Shown here: positions 13,470 through 26,395 of the stretch, one piece after another
Layout: each line of letters opens with the position of its first letter
Numbering within the stretch: the stretch's first letter is position 1
NCBI GenBank assembly: GCA_964016885.1
Contig: OZ024742.1
Span: 301,568,001 to 301,632,000 of the forward strand
Source: Eledone cirrhosa
Taxonomy: Eukaryota
DNA: 64,000 nt
Direction: 5' to 3'
The notes under the pieces: model-generated
Database searches by the model: none
Told to the model about the DNA's origin: nothing
Seen by the model: only the letters and a program-made list of their open reading frames with translations
Position numbers and translations under genes: made by a program

Positions 13470-14118
13470 TAGAGCAAACTATAGAGGTATAAAGCTGATG
13501 AACCAGGTCATGAAAGTAACAGAAAGAGTTATAGCACAGTTGATTAGGGCCCGGGTGAAACTAGATGAGATGCAATTTGGGTTTGTGCCAGGAAGAGGCA
13601 CCACTGATGCCCTCTTCCTTGTGAGACAGTTACAGGAAAAGTACCTAGCTAAAAGTAAGCCACTCTACCTGGCATTCATCGATCTCGAGAAAGCCTTTAA
13701 CAGAGTTCCCCGTGCTATAATCTGGTGGACTCTTAGAAAACTAGGAGTAGATGAATGGCTTGTGAAAGCTGTACAAGCCATGTATAGGGGAGCAGTCAGC
13801 AAAGTTAGGGTTAACAATGACTATAACGAGGAATTTAGCGTACAGGTTGGTGTCCACCAGGGCTCTGTTCTTAGCCCTCTCCTGTTCATCATAGTTCTGC
13901 AGGCAATAACGGAGAAGTTTAAGACCGGATGCCCATGGGAACTCCTGTATGCAGATGACCTCGCACTTATAGCTGAATCTATGGTAGAACTAGAGAAGAA
14001 ATTCCAAACTTGGAAGCAGGGACTAGAAAGAAAGGGTCTCAAAGTCAACCTGACAAAGACTAAGGTCCTTGTAACTAGACGAGAAAACAGAACCCAGATC
14101 CCCTCAGGGAAATAGCCT
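13470..14118 (+). mobile_element. RTE RT fragment, inverted relative to 12400-13035
   Basis: NYRGIKL...QGSVLSP...YADD...PSGK*. Confidence 0.9.
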
Positions 14119-15375
14119 ACTACACACAGACGATGGAATAGGACAAGGTCTAGGACAATTAAGTGGTTTAACGTGCCGTATTCGAAACATGTATGCACTA
14201 ATATACCAGGCCTTTTCTTCAAAGCATTGGACAAGTGCTTCCTGGTGTCAAACAGGTACCACAGGATATTCAACCACCATACAATGAAGTTCTCCTTCTC
14301 CACCACACCTAACATTGCAGATTATATGGCCAAAACCAATGCGGGGAAATTCGACTGCCAACTACTGCAAGCAACCGATGCTCCTGGGTGGCCAGGAGGA
14401 CCACATGGAGGCAGGGTCACCAACTGCGACCCGGACCCTACGGTAGCTGATCTACCCACGGAAGACACAGTACTCAACAACCAGGTGACACTGAACAAAA
14501 GGAGCCCACCGCACCGGCAGAACAATACACAGCGAATCGGGACGACGCCGCAAAAAGACCAGGACCCTACATAAGGAATGAGCAACATACAGCCCGAACA
14601 TGCAACTGCCCTCTGAAGGGAAGTTGCCTAACGAAGGGCGTTGTCTATAAATGTGTGGTTAGAATACATAACACCAAGTGCACCTACATCGCCGCAGCAT
14701 CCATGACCTTTAAATCGAGGATGTACAATCACACAAACTCTTTCAAAGACCGGAGCAAGAGACACTCCACTAGACTGGCGGACCTGATATGGGACTTGAA
14801 GGACAGCTGCACCACGTACGATCTCAACTGGAGTATCGTTCAACGTGCTAATGCATATTCGGCCAGCGAGGGGAAGTGCAGGCTGTGCCATTCCAAGGCC
14901 ATGGAGATAGTGAGATTAAAAGATGACGCAGTCAACCTGAAATCGGAGATCATCATGGCATGTAGAGACCAACGAAAGTGCACACTCTTCGCATGGGAAC
15001 TCCCTGATAGCTCCAACTAGAGCCATACGGGGGTGCGGACATCAGTCGGGGTGGCGGTGTGGGTCCATGGGATCCGACAGCATACCTTGATGACTATGTA
15101 TGTCGTGTGGGGCATGTCAACATACCCAATGCTGCACATTTGGTTCTGTACTTTATCTTAAATACCGCTGTCGCAATAGCCAGGACACGGCGGATTAATT
15201 TCAATGAGTATACTCAATCCCGTCTCACCCATCACTAATGCACTCTGTTTCAGCCACAGTACCATACTCCGTTACAAACTGTTTTTGTGTATTCCCTGCA
15301 TATATTTTTTTATGTAGTGTATGTGTTTTCTCTACGTATTCCATTATGTAATGTTTTACGTATTTTTTCATATAC
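14119..15375 (+). mobile_element. Penelope-like element 3' fragment (linker + GIY-YIG endonuclease)
   Basis: IKWFNVPYSKHV.TNI...F...IFN..T.K.S.S.TPN linker, then CNCPL.G.CLTKGVVYKC...YIA...FKSRMYNH..SF...ST.L...IW.LK...W.I...C.LC...N.KSEI...CR. Confidence 0.85.
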
Positions 15376-15379
15376 ATCC

Positions 15380-16197
15380 TCATATGTAGAAAAGGAACTG
15401 GCATAAATTCCATAAAATGTATGCAATGCAGATCTTGGGTACGCAAGAGATGTAGTGGGATAGCAGGCAGACTAACAGGTAGGGAAAACTACGTATGCAG
15501 TAGATGTACAGGGAAAGTTGGCAGTAGTAATCGCAGTGATAGACACATTTTTCCAATGCAGGTGGGTTCTATAGAAGTGGTTGATAGCTTCCGGTACCTA
15601 GGTGATCAGATTAGCATGGCAGGGGATGTTCCAAGGCCATAGTATCTAGAATAAGGACGGGTTGGAAGAAGTTTAGGGAGCTGCTTCCTCTGTTGACAAA
15701 GAACGGTTTCTCCCTGCGTACGAAAAGACAGTTATATGATGCCTGTGTGAGATGCGCGATGCTGCATGTTAGTGAGACAGGGGCAGCAACTGCAGAGTAT
15801 ATGCGACGGCTGGAGAGAAATGAAGCAAGCATGCTCCGTTGGATGTGCAATGTCAATGTGCGTGAACGACCAAGCATAGACGAGTTGAGAAAGAAACTGG
15901 GTATAAGAGGGATAAGTTGTGGTGTGCAGGAGAGAAGACTGAAATGGTATGGACATGTGATGCGCATGGAGGATGACCACTGCGTAAAGAAGTGCTAAGA
16001 AATCCCAGTAGAAGGGAGACGCAGTAGAGGAAGACCATGAAAAACATGGGCGGAGGTGGTGAGAGCAGACTTCAGATCACTGAAACTCATGGAGGAGATG
16101 ATGAAGGACCGTGACAAGTGGAGAGATGCTGTGCTGAATAGGACCCGTCCCACCCTTGCAAGCAGGGAAAAGGGGACGTAAAATGATGAGGATGATG
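15380..16197 (+). mobile_element. RTE LINE 3' part (short-tail subfamily)
   Basis: CRKG...RYLGD...RRLERNEASMLRWMC...; ends CCCACCCTTGCAAGCAGGGAAAAGGGGACGTAAAATGATG. Confidence 0.88.
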
Positions 16198-16199
16198 AT

Positions 16200-17160
16200 A
16201 GACAAGCCGAATTACCCACGCCTTGCTGCGTTCCACACATTTTTTTTGTAAGAAAATGATGATATAATTTAATATAATCAGTGATATAATTTATGGAGAA
16301 AAACTCTGCATTACAATATTACTCAATGTAAAATGTAATGCATGAAAAATTGGAAAACATTATTTTTTGTACTATATCAAATCAAAATTACATTATTAAA
16401 TCTTATCTTATTTTGTTTCTTGTAAATAATTTTTTTTTAAATATCAATTCAAAACTTGATCATTTCATTTTTGTGTAAAGCATTATTTTCAAATTAGAAA
16501 TTCAAAGTTTATTTATTTATTTTTTAACATAATAAATACATGAAAATATATTTCATACTTTGTCCTAATGAAGAACTTCAGGGTAAACAATATTTCTTGT
16601 CTTTCTTTGATTGGCTAAAATGTAGAGATTTTTTGAAGTTCCAGTCCTTGAAACAGCCACATAAAACATGCCATGACTGAAACATGGGTTTGTCAGATCT
16701 ATACCAATAGTTTTGAAAGTTTGACCTTGACTCTTATTGATGCTCATGGCAAAGCATGACCTCACTGGGAACTGCAGCCTCTTAAATATAAAAGACAACT
16801 CGCTATCACTTGGTATAAGTGGAATCCTTGGAATGAGAAGAGCTTGACCTTTGTAAGCCCCGAATATAATGGTTGCTTCAATCAAGTTCTCATGCAATCT
16901 TGTTACAACACATCTTGTTCCATTTATTGGCCAAAATTTTCACTATGGGGGGAGGTTTAACCCCCATTAGGGTGTTTTAATATTATTGAAATTTGCTGAA
17001 ATTTTGTGAATAGGAATCATATCTTGTCATTTACCTATGGTTTAAATTTCATATAAATCGAAGGGAAAACATTTTCAGCGCGGGTTTGTGACTCCAGGGA
17101 ATCCTTTAATTAAAATGAAATATACTTATCAAAGTACCCTCGGCAATGTAGTTTCAGAAT
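16200..17160 (-). mobile_element. Helitron 3' fragment (PIF1-type helicase C-terminus)
   Basis: ORF 16565-16897 IPRIPLIP...FKRLQFPVRSCFAMSINKSQGQT...CFSHGMFYVAVSR...TRNIVYPEVL. Hairpin plus CTTGT (CTAG-like) terminus near 16202. Confidence 0.88.
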
Positions 17161-19110
17161 ATGGAAATAGTTGCTGAGATGCTGAAGGCATCTGGTATGG
17201 TGGGACACACCATGGTCACCCAGATAGTTAACCAAGTCGTACAGAATGGGGTTGTTCCGAAGGACTGGCGTAGCAGCATCATCATTAACTGTTATAAGGG
17301 TAAAGGAGCTGCCCTAGATAGGAGTAACTATAGAGGCATTAAATTAATCGACCAGGTCATGAAGGTCACGGAAAAAGTAATAGCGCAACTAATCAGAGAG
17401 AGAATTGATCTAGATGAAATGCAGTTCGGGTTTGTGTCGGGCAAAAGTACCACAGACGCTTTTTTCATTGTACGACAACTACAGGAGAAGTACCTAGCTA
17501 AAAGTAAACCCCTATACTTAGCTTTTGTCGACTTGGAGAAAGCCTTCGACAGAGTCCCCCGTTCCATTATCTGGTGGGCTCTTAGAAAACTAGGTGTTGA
17601 CGAATGGCTTGTGAGAGCTATACAAGCCATGTATAAAGAAACAGTCAGCAAGGTTAGAATTAACAACGAATATAGTGAAGAGTTTAGCGTAAAAGTTGGC
17701 ATCCATCAGGGCTCTGTTCTCAGCCCCCTACTATTTATTATTGCCCTTCAGGCTATAACAGAGGAGTTCAAGACCGGCTGCCCATGGGAACTCCTATACG
17801 CAGATGACCTAACACTCATAGCTGAATCAATGGCCGAGCTAGAGAAGAAATTCCAAACATGGAAGCACGGCCTAGAATCAAAAGGCCTTAAAATTAACCT
17901 GGCTAAGACTAAAGTTCTAGTTTGTAAGAAAGAAAATAAGGCGGCGGTCCCTTCCGGGAAGTGGCCATGCTCAGTGTGTAGGAAAGGCGTAGGTAGAAAC
18001 TCCATTTTGTGTCCCAAATGTAAAGTATGGGTGCATAAAAGATGTAGTGGGATCACAGGTAAGCTAACTAAGAACATAGATTTTACATGTGGCCGGTGCT
18101 CTGGTGCAATAAGTAGCAGCAAGTGCCCACAAAATACTAGCTTTTTCAACTGCGCAGAGGGTTCTATAGAAATAGTGGGGGAGGGTGCTCTTAAAGTACA
18201 GTAGCTAGAGTCAGAACTGGATGGAAAAAGTTCAGAGAGCTTATACCACTATTAGCCGCTAAAGGGTTCTCCCTAAAAATGAAAGGCAGGTTGTATGATG
18301 CCTGCATACGAACAGCAATGTTGCATGGCAGTGAGACCTGGGCACTGTGTGCAGAGGATATACGCAGACTAGAGAGGAACGAAGCTTGCATGCTCCGCTG
18401 GATGTGTAATAGTAATATACGTGAACGGCAAAGCATAAACGAACTAAGGAAAAAATTAGAAATAAGAGGGATCAGATGTTGTTTACTCGAGAGAAGGCTA
18501 CGTTGGTATGGTCACGTGATGCGCATGAAAGACGATAGCTGTATAACAAAGTGCAGGGCAATAAAGATAGATGGTAGCCACGGAGTAGGCAGACCCAGAA
18601 AAACCTGGGACGAGCTGATAAATTCCGACTTCACACACTTACAACACTCCAAGACAATGTCACTGGACCGAGACCTTTGGCGGTACTCAGTAATAGAGAA
18701 GACCCGCCTTACCTAAATACAAAGTAAAACCTACTACAGTCAGTCGGCATCTCTAACAAAATACACCCCCGTCCCACCACCCCCACCCCATCCACACCGC
18801 CCCTTTCAATGTAAAGTTATGTTGGTACCACAACATCCAGGCCGAAACAAATGAGATTGTGTAGGTGTCACGACAAAAAAACACACAGTCCACGCTGTAA
18901 TGTGGCCGTGTAGGCAACACGGTAAAAACCTCCCAGACCCACACTGTAAATGTGGTTGGTGTTAGGAAGGGCATCCAACTGTAGAAAACCTGCCAGACAG
19001 TCCTATGCGAGCAAGACAACCACTCTTGCCTCAAGTGGGAATACCCCCGTCCAAACCCATGCAAGTGTGGAACACGGACGTTAAACGTTGATGATGATGA
19101 TGATGATGAT
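17161..19110 (+). mobile_element. RTE-clade LINE, 5'-truncated
   Basis: ORFs 17161-18204 (YADD) and 18279-18716, with an internal deletion at ~18180. 3'UTR and (GAT)n tail. Confidence 0.95.
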
Positions 19111-19171
19111 GGGGGTCTATCTCCAAAACCATAGGAGGAGTTCGTGAACAAACAAATAGACAAGAACTACA

Positions 19172-19209
<38 letters not shown>

Positions 19210-20273
19210 TATATACATACAAACATACATATATATATATATATGCATATATATATATATATATACATGCATACATATATATACATGCATACATATATAT
19301 ATATATATATCTATATATATATTTGAAAAAAAGGAAAAGAATTACTTCACTTGTAGTGTTAAATAATTTGATTTAATTTTATAATATTATAATATTATTA
19401 AATTAAATAAATTGCCATTCTGAGTTCAAATCCCGCCGAGGTTAACTTTGCCTTTCATCCTTACGGGGTCGATAAAATAAAGTACCAGTAATACACTGGG
19501 TAATTGCTGGCCTTGTGCCTAACGTAGAAACAATTATTAAATTAAATTAAATTATTTAACACTACAAGTGAAGTCATTCTTTTTTTTTTTCAAATATACC
19601 TAACTGTACCAAGGATCTCACACATGTTCCAATATATATATATATACATGCATATGTGAGTGTGTGTGTATGTATGTGTGTTTAAAATGAAAAATAAAAG
19701 GTTAACAACTTAAATCCATTCTTTAATTTCTACATACGTTCAATACAAGTGACAAAGGTACATGCATATATAAACAATACATTAATTGAAACAGTTAATT
19801 AGCAATTATTTACACAAGACATAATACATATAACATCTCCATTTCTTCATATATACATGTGTGTGTGTGTGTGTGTGTGTATACTGTATATATATATACT
19901 GTGTAACCAGTTGGTGAATTAAGCAATTTAATTGTCAGTTTTTAAATGAGATATTTGATGAATTGATCACTGTTAATCACATGTATGAATTGAATTAATT
20001 AACCAACTAATCAAATAGCTGTGAAATATTAAGAATGAATTAACCCTTTAGCTTAAATTACTCTATATTAGCTATTATGTTTTCATGGTAAAGGCTTTAC
20101 TTCACATAATTATCTCACATAATATTGAATCTATGAGAATTTGATATTATTTATGTTGAGAAAAATACATTAACATCAGTATGAGCAGCCGGTTACAACC
20201 GGTTTAAACAGAAAGACGTGAGAGAATTCTGCTCAGATACAGCTGGTTTAAATGCTAATTTGATAATTTGCTG

Positions 20274-20919
20274 TCAAACGAAAATTTCCCTATTTGTTGA
20301 ATGTTGTGAAAATGTTTCTTTTGCTAAATCAATCTGATAGATATTGTCTTCATTGTTCTGTGTTGTGTTTTCTTCACCAAAGAACTCACTGTCAGATATA
20401 TCAGAATAGAAGCCAATAGAATCAGTTCTAACGATGCTGGCGTCTTCTTGAAACTCTCTATTTTCTTCATTTGAAGTTGAAACATCAGGATAAACACAAA
20501 ATGCAACTTTCATATTCTGAAGGTAGCTTTCTCCTTCACTGTGGCAAACATGAAGTGCTTCTAAATAATCTTCACGCTGTTGTAGATCAAAGTCATTCAA
20601 AGCTATAGAAAACTGTACAGGGGAATCCAGTTTTAGTTCCATCAGTAGGGGGTCGGTGTCATTCAGTGTAGAAGCTAATACTGTGCTCTCTTTGATAATT
20701 CTTTTAGCCATAACAACTCCAACAAAAGAATCAAGTATTGGGGGTAGTTTTCCACATACCAAGTTCAATTGGAATGGAAAGTCTTCACGTTCAATTATGT
20801 TCTTCATTGTAATATATTTTTTACTGTCTGGGCCATCAAGTGGAAGGTCACAAAAGCCAGTGTTAGATGTAAATGGAATCAGGAGAATATCTTTACTTTC
20901 ACTGTAACACTTTAAAAAC
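20274..20919 (-). CDS. CABIT-domain protein, last coding exon
   Basis: Acceptor attatttctag|G at 20919. Phase 2 matches the previous exon (AG|G = Arg), then FLKCYSESKDILLIPF...FPFQLNLVCGKLP...TVLASTL...LMELKLDS, ending TGA at 20274. Confidence 0.85.
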
Positions 20920-21089
20920 CTAGAAATAATAAAACAAAAATATCAAATACATTCAGAAAAATAAACAGTGAGTATGTTTTATTATATATTTCTGAAAATA
21001 TTTTAACAATATGACCCTCCCCAAATATAATAAAATTAATTATTTTTAGATATGTTGGAATTCAATTTATCAGGGTTTCTATCTATAAT

Positions 21090-21410
21090 ATTGTAGTAAC
21101 CATCCTGACTTTGGTTTTCTTTTATATGACACTAGTTATAGTTTCTCTCTCAGTTTATTTATGCTTTGCCATTCATGTATATTATTATTATGCATCCATT
21201 GGAGCATGCAAGCTTCATTTCTTTCCAATCTTTGCAAGTCTTCTGCACAGTGCCCAGGTCTCACTACCATGCAACATTGTTGTTCATATGCATGCATCAT
21301 ACAGTCTACCTTTCATTTTTATGGAAAAGCCTTTTGCAGCTAGCAGTGGTAGTAGCTCCCTGAACTTCTTCCATCCCATTCTCACTCTGGCTACTGTACT
21401 TTCGGAATGG
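21090..21410 (-). mobile_element. RTE fragment in intron
   Basis: ESTVARVRMGWKKFRELLPLLAAKGFS.KMKGRLYDAC. Confidence 0.85.
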
Positions 21411-21799
21411 TATACTGACATCAAATATGCCTCACAACATCCTGCCTCACAATATCTTGCCAACACAAGTGCTTATTGATCGGTGTTTGTGACTACGAAA
21501 CTAATCACTTATTAATTAACATGAAATACGAAAAATTCACTGCTAGTGTACTTCTTAATACATATCTTAATTAATTACCAACATGAGTGCTAATTATATG
21601 CAAATTAGTATGTTCACTTCAGAATAATACTAAGAACAAATGGGTATATAAGTCCGTCAAATACATTTTTCTAGTGGTTGTTTGGATGATATACATGTCT
21701 TCTGATGAGGACCCAATTAGGTTTGAAAATTGATTAAAGGTGTTTATAATTTTTTTTCCATTTAGTGGTGGTGTGGAGAAGGGGGGGAATCATATTTAC

Positions 21800-22064
21800 C
21801 TTGTTTTACTTTGATATTGTTTCAACTGCTTCAAGTGTTTCCCTTTCACAACACTGGAATTCATCACTTTCAACACTCTACCTGGTTCTACTGGCCGTTC
21901 TTCATAATTGTCTTCTCCACTGAGAATTGAACTCTCCGGCTGGTGTAGAGCCAATGTTTCTTGCATGGTGATCACAGCTCTGGCCCTCGCATCTGACACT
22001 GCCTGAGCATCTTGATAGTATGCTGGTGGGTAGTCTTCTTCTGATTCTGGGCAGTAGAACCATC
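21800..22064 (-). CDS. CABIT-domain protein, middle coding exon
   Basis: Acceptor tttcattcctag|GA, donor AG|gtaaat. 265 nt, phases 1/2 compatible with both neighbours. Reads GWFYCP...VEPGRVLKV. Confidence 0.85.
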
Positions 22065-23084
22065 CTAGGAATGAAATAAATGTGAAGCCTTTAATGGAAA
22101 GCATGTGGCTGTATATACACAATCTTGCCCATGAGCATGTGAGTGTCTGTATGTGTGTGGGGGAATAACTTTTTGAAGTATGAACTAGCTGATGGCCCAC
22201 ACAACAGTCCAGACACATGTGGACTTGCAACACTGCATATTTAATATTCATTTGCTGATGAAGTTGCACACCATACAGCTAAACTTAAAACTAGTCTCAA
22301 CTGTCTCGACTCACTGGGACACAGCTATCAAAACTACGTAGAGCAAATACTATGTTCTGTATAAAGAATTTGAAGTTTGATAGCCATGACAATGTGAAAT
22401 AGATGGATAAACTAGTTGGATGAAACAAGATGTTATGTGATTTTTACCTTAATTTGTTTATATGTCCTTTCATTAAGGTAAAAAACACATCTTGTTTCAT
22501 CCAACTTGTTATTTCGCATACTATTCTGAGTTCAAATCCCGCTGAGGTTAACTTTGCCTTTCATCCTTATGGGGTCGATAAAATAAAGTACCAGTAATGC
22601 ACTGGGTAATTGCTGGCCTTGTGCCAAAAGTAGGAACAATTATCGTGGCTTTCAAACTTCAAATTCTTTATACTATATACATTGCTTCAAGTAAACTACA
22701 AAATGTTCTGTATGTTTTCAGCCAGCAAAAATCTTGATCCCACATATTCAAGCCATACGCTAGCAGCTTTAAGTTCTTTCGTTTTTGCTGCCTCTTGTTT
22801 CAATTGCTTGTTTTCTCAGCAATTGTATGATACTCCACCAACACACACTACCAACTGCTGAAAGTATATAATTCAATAATTGGCAATTATTTGAATGTTA
22901 TGAATCCACAATTACTTTTCAAGCTCAATATAAATACAAACGCATGCTGACATCAAAACAAGTTGCAATGGATGCTTCAAACTACATGAACTAAAGTATC
23001 ATAAAGGCAGAATAATTTCAGTCCTTTCGTTCAATATCATTACAAAGTGAGGAATATGTCTGTGCATGTGTGTGTGTGTGTGTG

Positions 23085-23124
<40 letters not shown>

Positions 23125-23239
23125 GTTGTGTGTCTTTGTCTCTTTTGGTTAAATTAATCTTTGGAGATAAATATGATTTTGTAAGTGTATAAAATAGTGA
23201 ACAAGTGTGAGTATACATATACACAGACCCATATATGTG

Positions 23240-24710
23240 TGACTCAAAAGAAACTGGCTCTGCACACGTTTTGTATCATTGTATATTAATTTTTTAACCG
23301 ATCAACCTTAAATTTCTGAGAAGACAACAAAACCCTTAATGAGAGCTCCAGCATCAGATTTTCTCTGTGAAACACTACTATAAGTGTGGCTCATTCAAGC
23401 AAGTCCTGGAACAATTTCATGCTTTTTTGGAATCTTCAAAACTAATATACAAAATTGGGTGAAGAAGTTTGAAACCTATGGGATAGTAAAGAACCTTAAT
23501 ATAATGTCTACTGGACCATCCTATCAATTCTGGATGACCCAGGAAGCATACACAAGAAGTTATTGACATGGTCTGAGAATTTGTTGAACAGAGCCCAAAA
23601 CGATCACTGCGAAGGACATCCTTGTAGAAGGATTGTCAAAGAGGATCTTAAGAAGTACCCCTACAGAATATAGACTAAACAAAAGCTGACTGTAGTTGAT
23701 AAGACCAAGAAAATGGCTATGGCTGAGAAAATGCTACAGAAAATGGAAAACAAATTTTCTGAATCTGCTGTGGACTTTAATGGAAAAGATCAACTTTGAC
23801 ACCAAGAACAATGTGTTCTTGGTGTCAAACAAACCCACTGAAGTGGATATGAAACCTCTCTACTTGGCTAAATGTACCATATAGGCTGCTATTTCTGAGA
23901 GAATGTTGTTGACTCATTCTTCTTTAAAAAAATATAGTGTTATTACTTGTCACAAAGGAACACTATGTGGCAGTCCTGGAGGACTTCAAAAAGGATCTAC
24001 AGACCATGTACCCATCTCTAATGAATAAGTTCTGGTTCCAGCAACATGGAGCAAGCTTTGACACTTCGAATGAGTCACAAGAAAGGCTAAAAAATAACTT
24101 TGCAAATCGTGTGGTCAGTTTGAAGATTGATTTTGTAAATGTTTTAAGATTATTTGTAAATGTTTCCTATGATGAACTAGAATACATGTTTTCCTCCCTC
24201 TCTCTTACACATAGATAATTGTGTGTGTATACGAATACTCACATATATATGGGTGTGTGGTATGTACTGGGTGACTTTAAAAAAACTGGCTCCATTTTTA
24301 TTTTTGTCTACATTATTCATTTTTTGACAAAAACTGATGAAACTCAGAATATATTTAGTTCAAACCCTTAAACACAATATATAAAAACAGCCATGATTTA
24401 AGCCTCAGATTTCTTGTTTTAGAGCTATTTCAGGACCATCACTGAACTAAAGGAAAACATCAGGGAGATCAGAGTCATCCCTATGTCCGTTTGTAAAGAT
24501 GTTATGCTAAACTTCACCATGTGTCTTAAAAAATGCAAAGATTCAAATGGAGATCATTTGGAACATGTTCTGTAACTCTGGTCAGAAAAATCAAGAGACA
24601 GGGAATTTTTTATACATTGTGTTTAAGGGTTTCATTAGTTTTCGTAAAAAAATTAATAATGTAGACAAAAATAAAAATGGAGCCAGTTTTTTTTTTAGTT
24701 ACCCAGTACA
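23240..24710 (+). mobile_element. decayed Tc1/mariner-superfamily transposon
   Basis: Remnant peptides IQNWVKKFETYG.V, YPYRI.TKQKLT and FWFQQHGA. Right end ...TTTTTTAGTTACCCAG|TA at ~24709. Confidence 0.7.
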
Positions 24711-25859
24711 TACCACACACCCATATATGTGTGAGTATTCGTATACACACATAGCTATCTACATGTAGGAGAGAGAGAGAGAGAGAGGAAAACATGTATT
24801 CTAGTTCATCATAGGAAACATTTACAAATAATACAATGATTTAGCAATTTTACGCATGTCACAAATTCTTATTTTAAACATGAAAACTCTTTTATTTTAA
24901 AGAAGAACCCTGTCACGAACGTCCATGTCATTTACATAAAATCCTTTCATTATAGATGTGTTGTCCATCCTACTGGTTATTTAACTGCAGCAGGATTAGC
25001 AGATGACAACAATAACAACATTACGTTTACATGGATTTAAAATTGACACCATATCTATTTCCAATGCTGTACAAACTTAATGAAGTCGTGTTGATAAAAC
25101 ATGATAAAGTCGTCAGCCAGTTGATGGTGGTTGGATTTTGTTTGGTTTTGTTGTGTGTGTGTATTTGTATATTTATATGTGCATATGTATGTGTGTCAAT
25201 GTGTGTATATATATATATATATATGTGTATGTGTATGTTTGAGTATATATATATATATGTGTGTGTATGTGTGTTTGCTAGTCTTTAAACTGCTGGTGAT
25301 GTTTAACTAAGATATATAAAGACATTTCGTGACAGAAATAGATTCCTAAGATGAACAGATAGAGGTGCAGTCACGATTGTGTGATTAAGGAGTTCACTTC
25401 ACAACCAGTTGGTTCTGGGTTCAGTCCCACTTTATAGCACCTTAAGTAAGTGTTTTCTACTATAGCCTCAGGTTGACCAGTGCCTTATCAATGGAATTTG
25501 CTAGACAGAAACTACAGAAGTCCGCCATATATTTGTGTGTGTGTTGGCTAAAAGGTTCATAGGCTGACTATGAAGGAGTGATGCTAGAGTTATGAAATAT
25601 TTCATTCATTGATTTCAACTCTTATTAATAACTGCATTGTTTCTTTCCAGGGACTATGTTGAAAAATAAACCCCATTTAATCATTCCATGAGAGTATCTA
25701 GGTCTGCCTATAAACTTTTCAGCTGACCCTTGTAGCTACTGCTGCACATAAGATGCCATGGACCCACAAGACTAAATCCTCTTTAAACAGGGGGGTGGCC
25801 TTAAAACACTTATAGTGGTTGTGAAATACATAGCATCCGACTAGAGTCCTCTGTCGCCT

Positions 25860-26150
25860 TGGTGAGTCATGCAATAGCTATGTTCTAGATTTAATGATGT
25901 GCTATGTTGGACAGTCATACAGTAATAGCTGTGATCTATATTTAATAATGGATTATGTTGGATAGCTGGAGGGCCATATTATATTAGCTGTGTCCTAGAT
26001 TTAGTGATGGGTCATATTGGAGAGTTAGAAGGTCATATAATCTGTGTTGTAAATTTAATGATGGGTTATGTTGGACAGTTGCAGGGTTATATTATAATGG
26101 ATTGTGTTCTAGATTTAATAATGGGTCGTGTTGGACAGTAGGTATATAAC
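25860..26150. repeat. degenerate ~55-60 bp tandem repeat (~5 copies)
   Basis: Recurrent AGCTGTGTTCTAGATTTAATGATGGGTTATGTTGGACAG. Confidence 0.7.
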
Positions 26151-26319
26151 AGTTTATTTAACAGTCTGTACAACAGTTGGAACAACATAGCCATGGCTGA
26201 ATAGTTAAGAAGCTTGTTAAGCAGTCATAAGGTCTCTGGTTGGATTCCACTACATTACACATTGGACAAACTTACTTAGCATAACTGTGAGATGGCCTAG
26301 GAATTGTGTGTGAAATTTA

Positions 26320-26372
<53 letters not shown>

Positions 26373-26395
26373 TTCTAGTAAATAATAGTTCTTAC

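Noticed and set aside
15020-15260. Hammerhead ribozyme expected in the Penelope terminal repeat
   Set aside because: Only degenerate pieces were found (minus-strand TGAGTATACTCATTGAAA), with no intact CUGANGA...GAAA core visible by eye.
16565-16897. Host PIF1 helicase gene
   Set aside because: It is an isolated C-terminal fragment with the Helitron-type T.NIVY.EVL ending and a Helitron-like terminus nearby.
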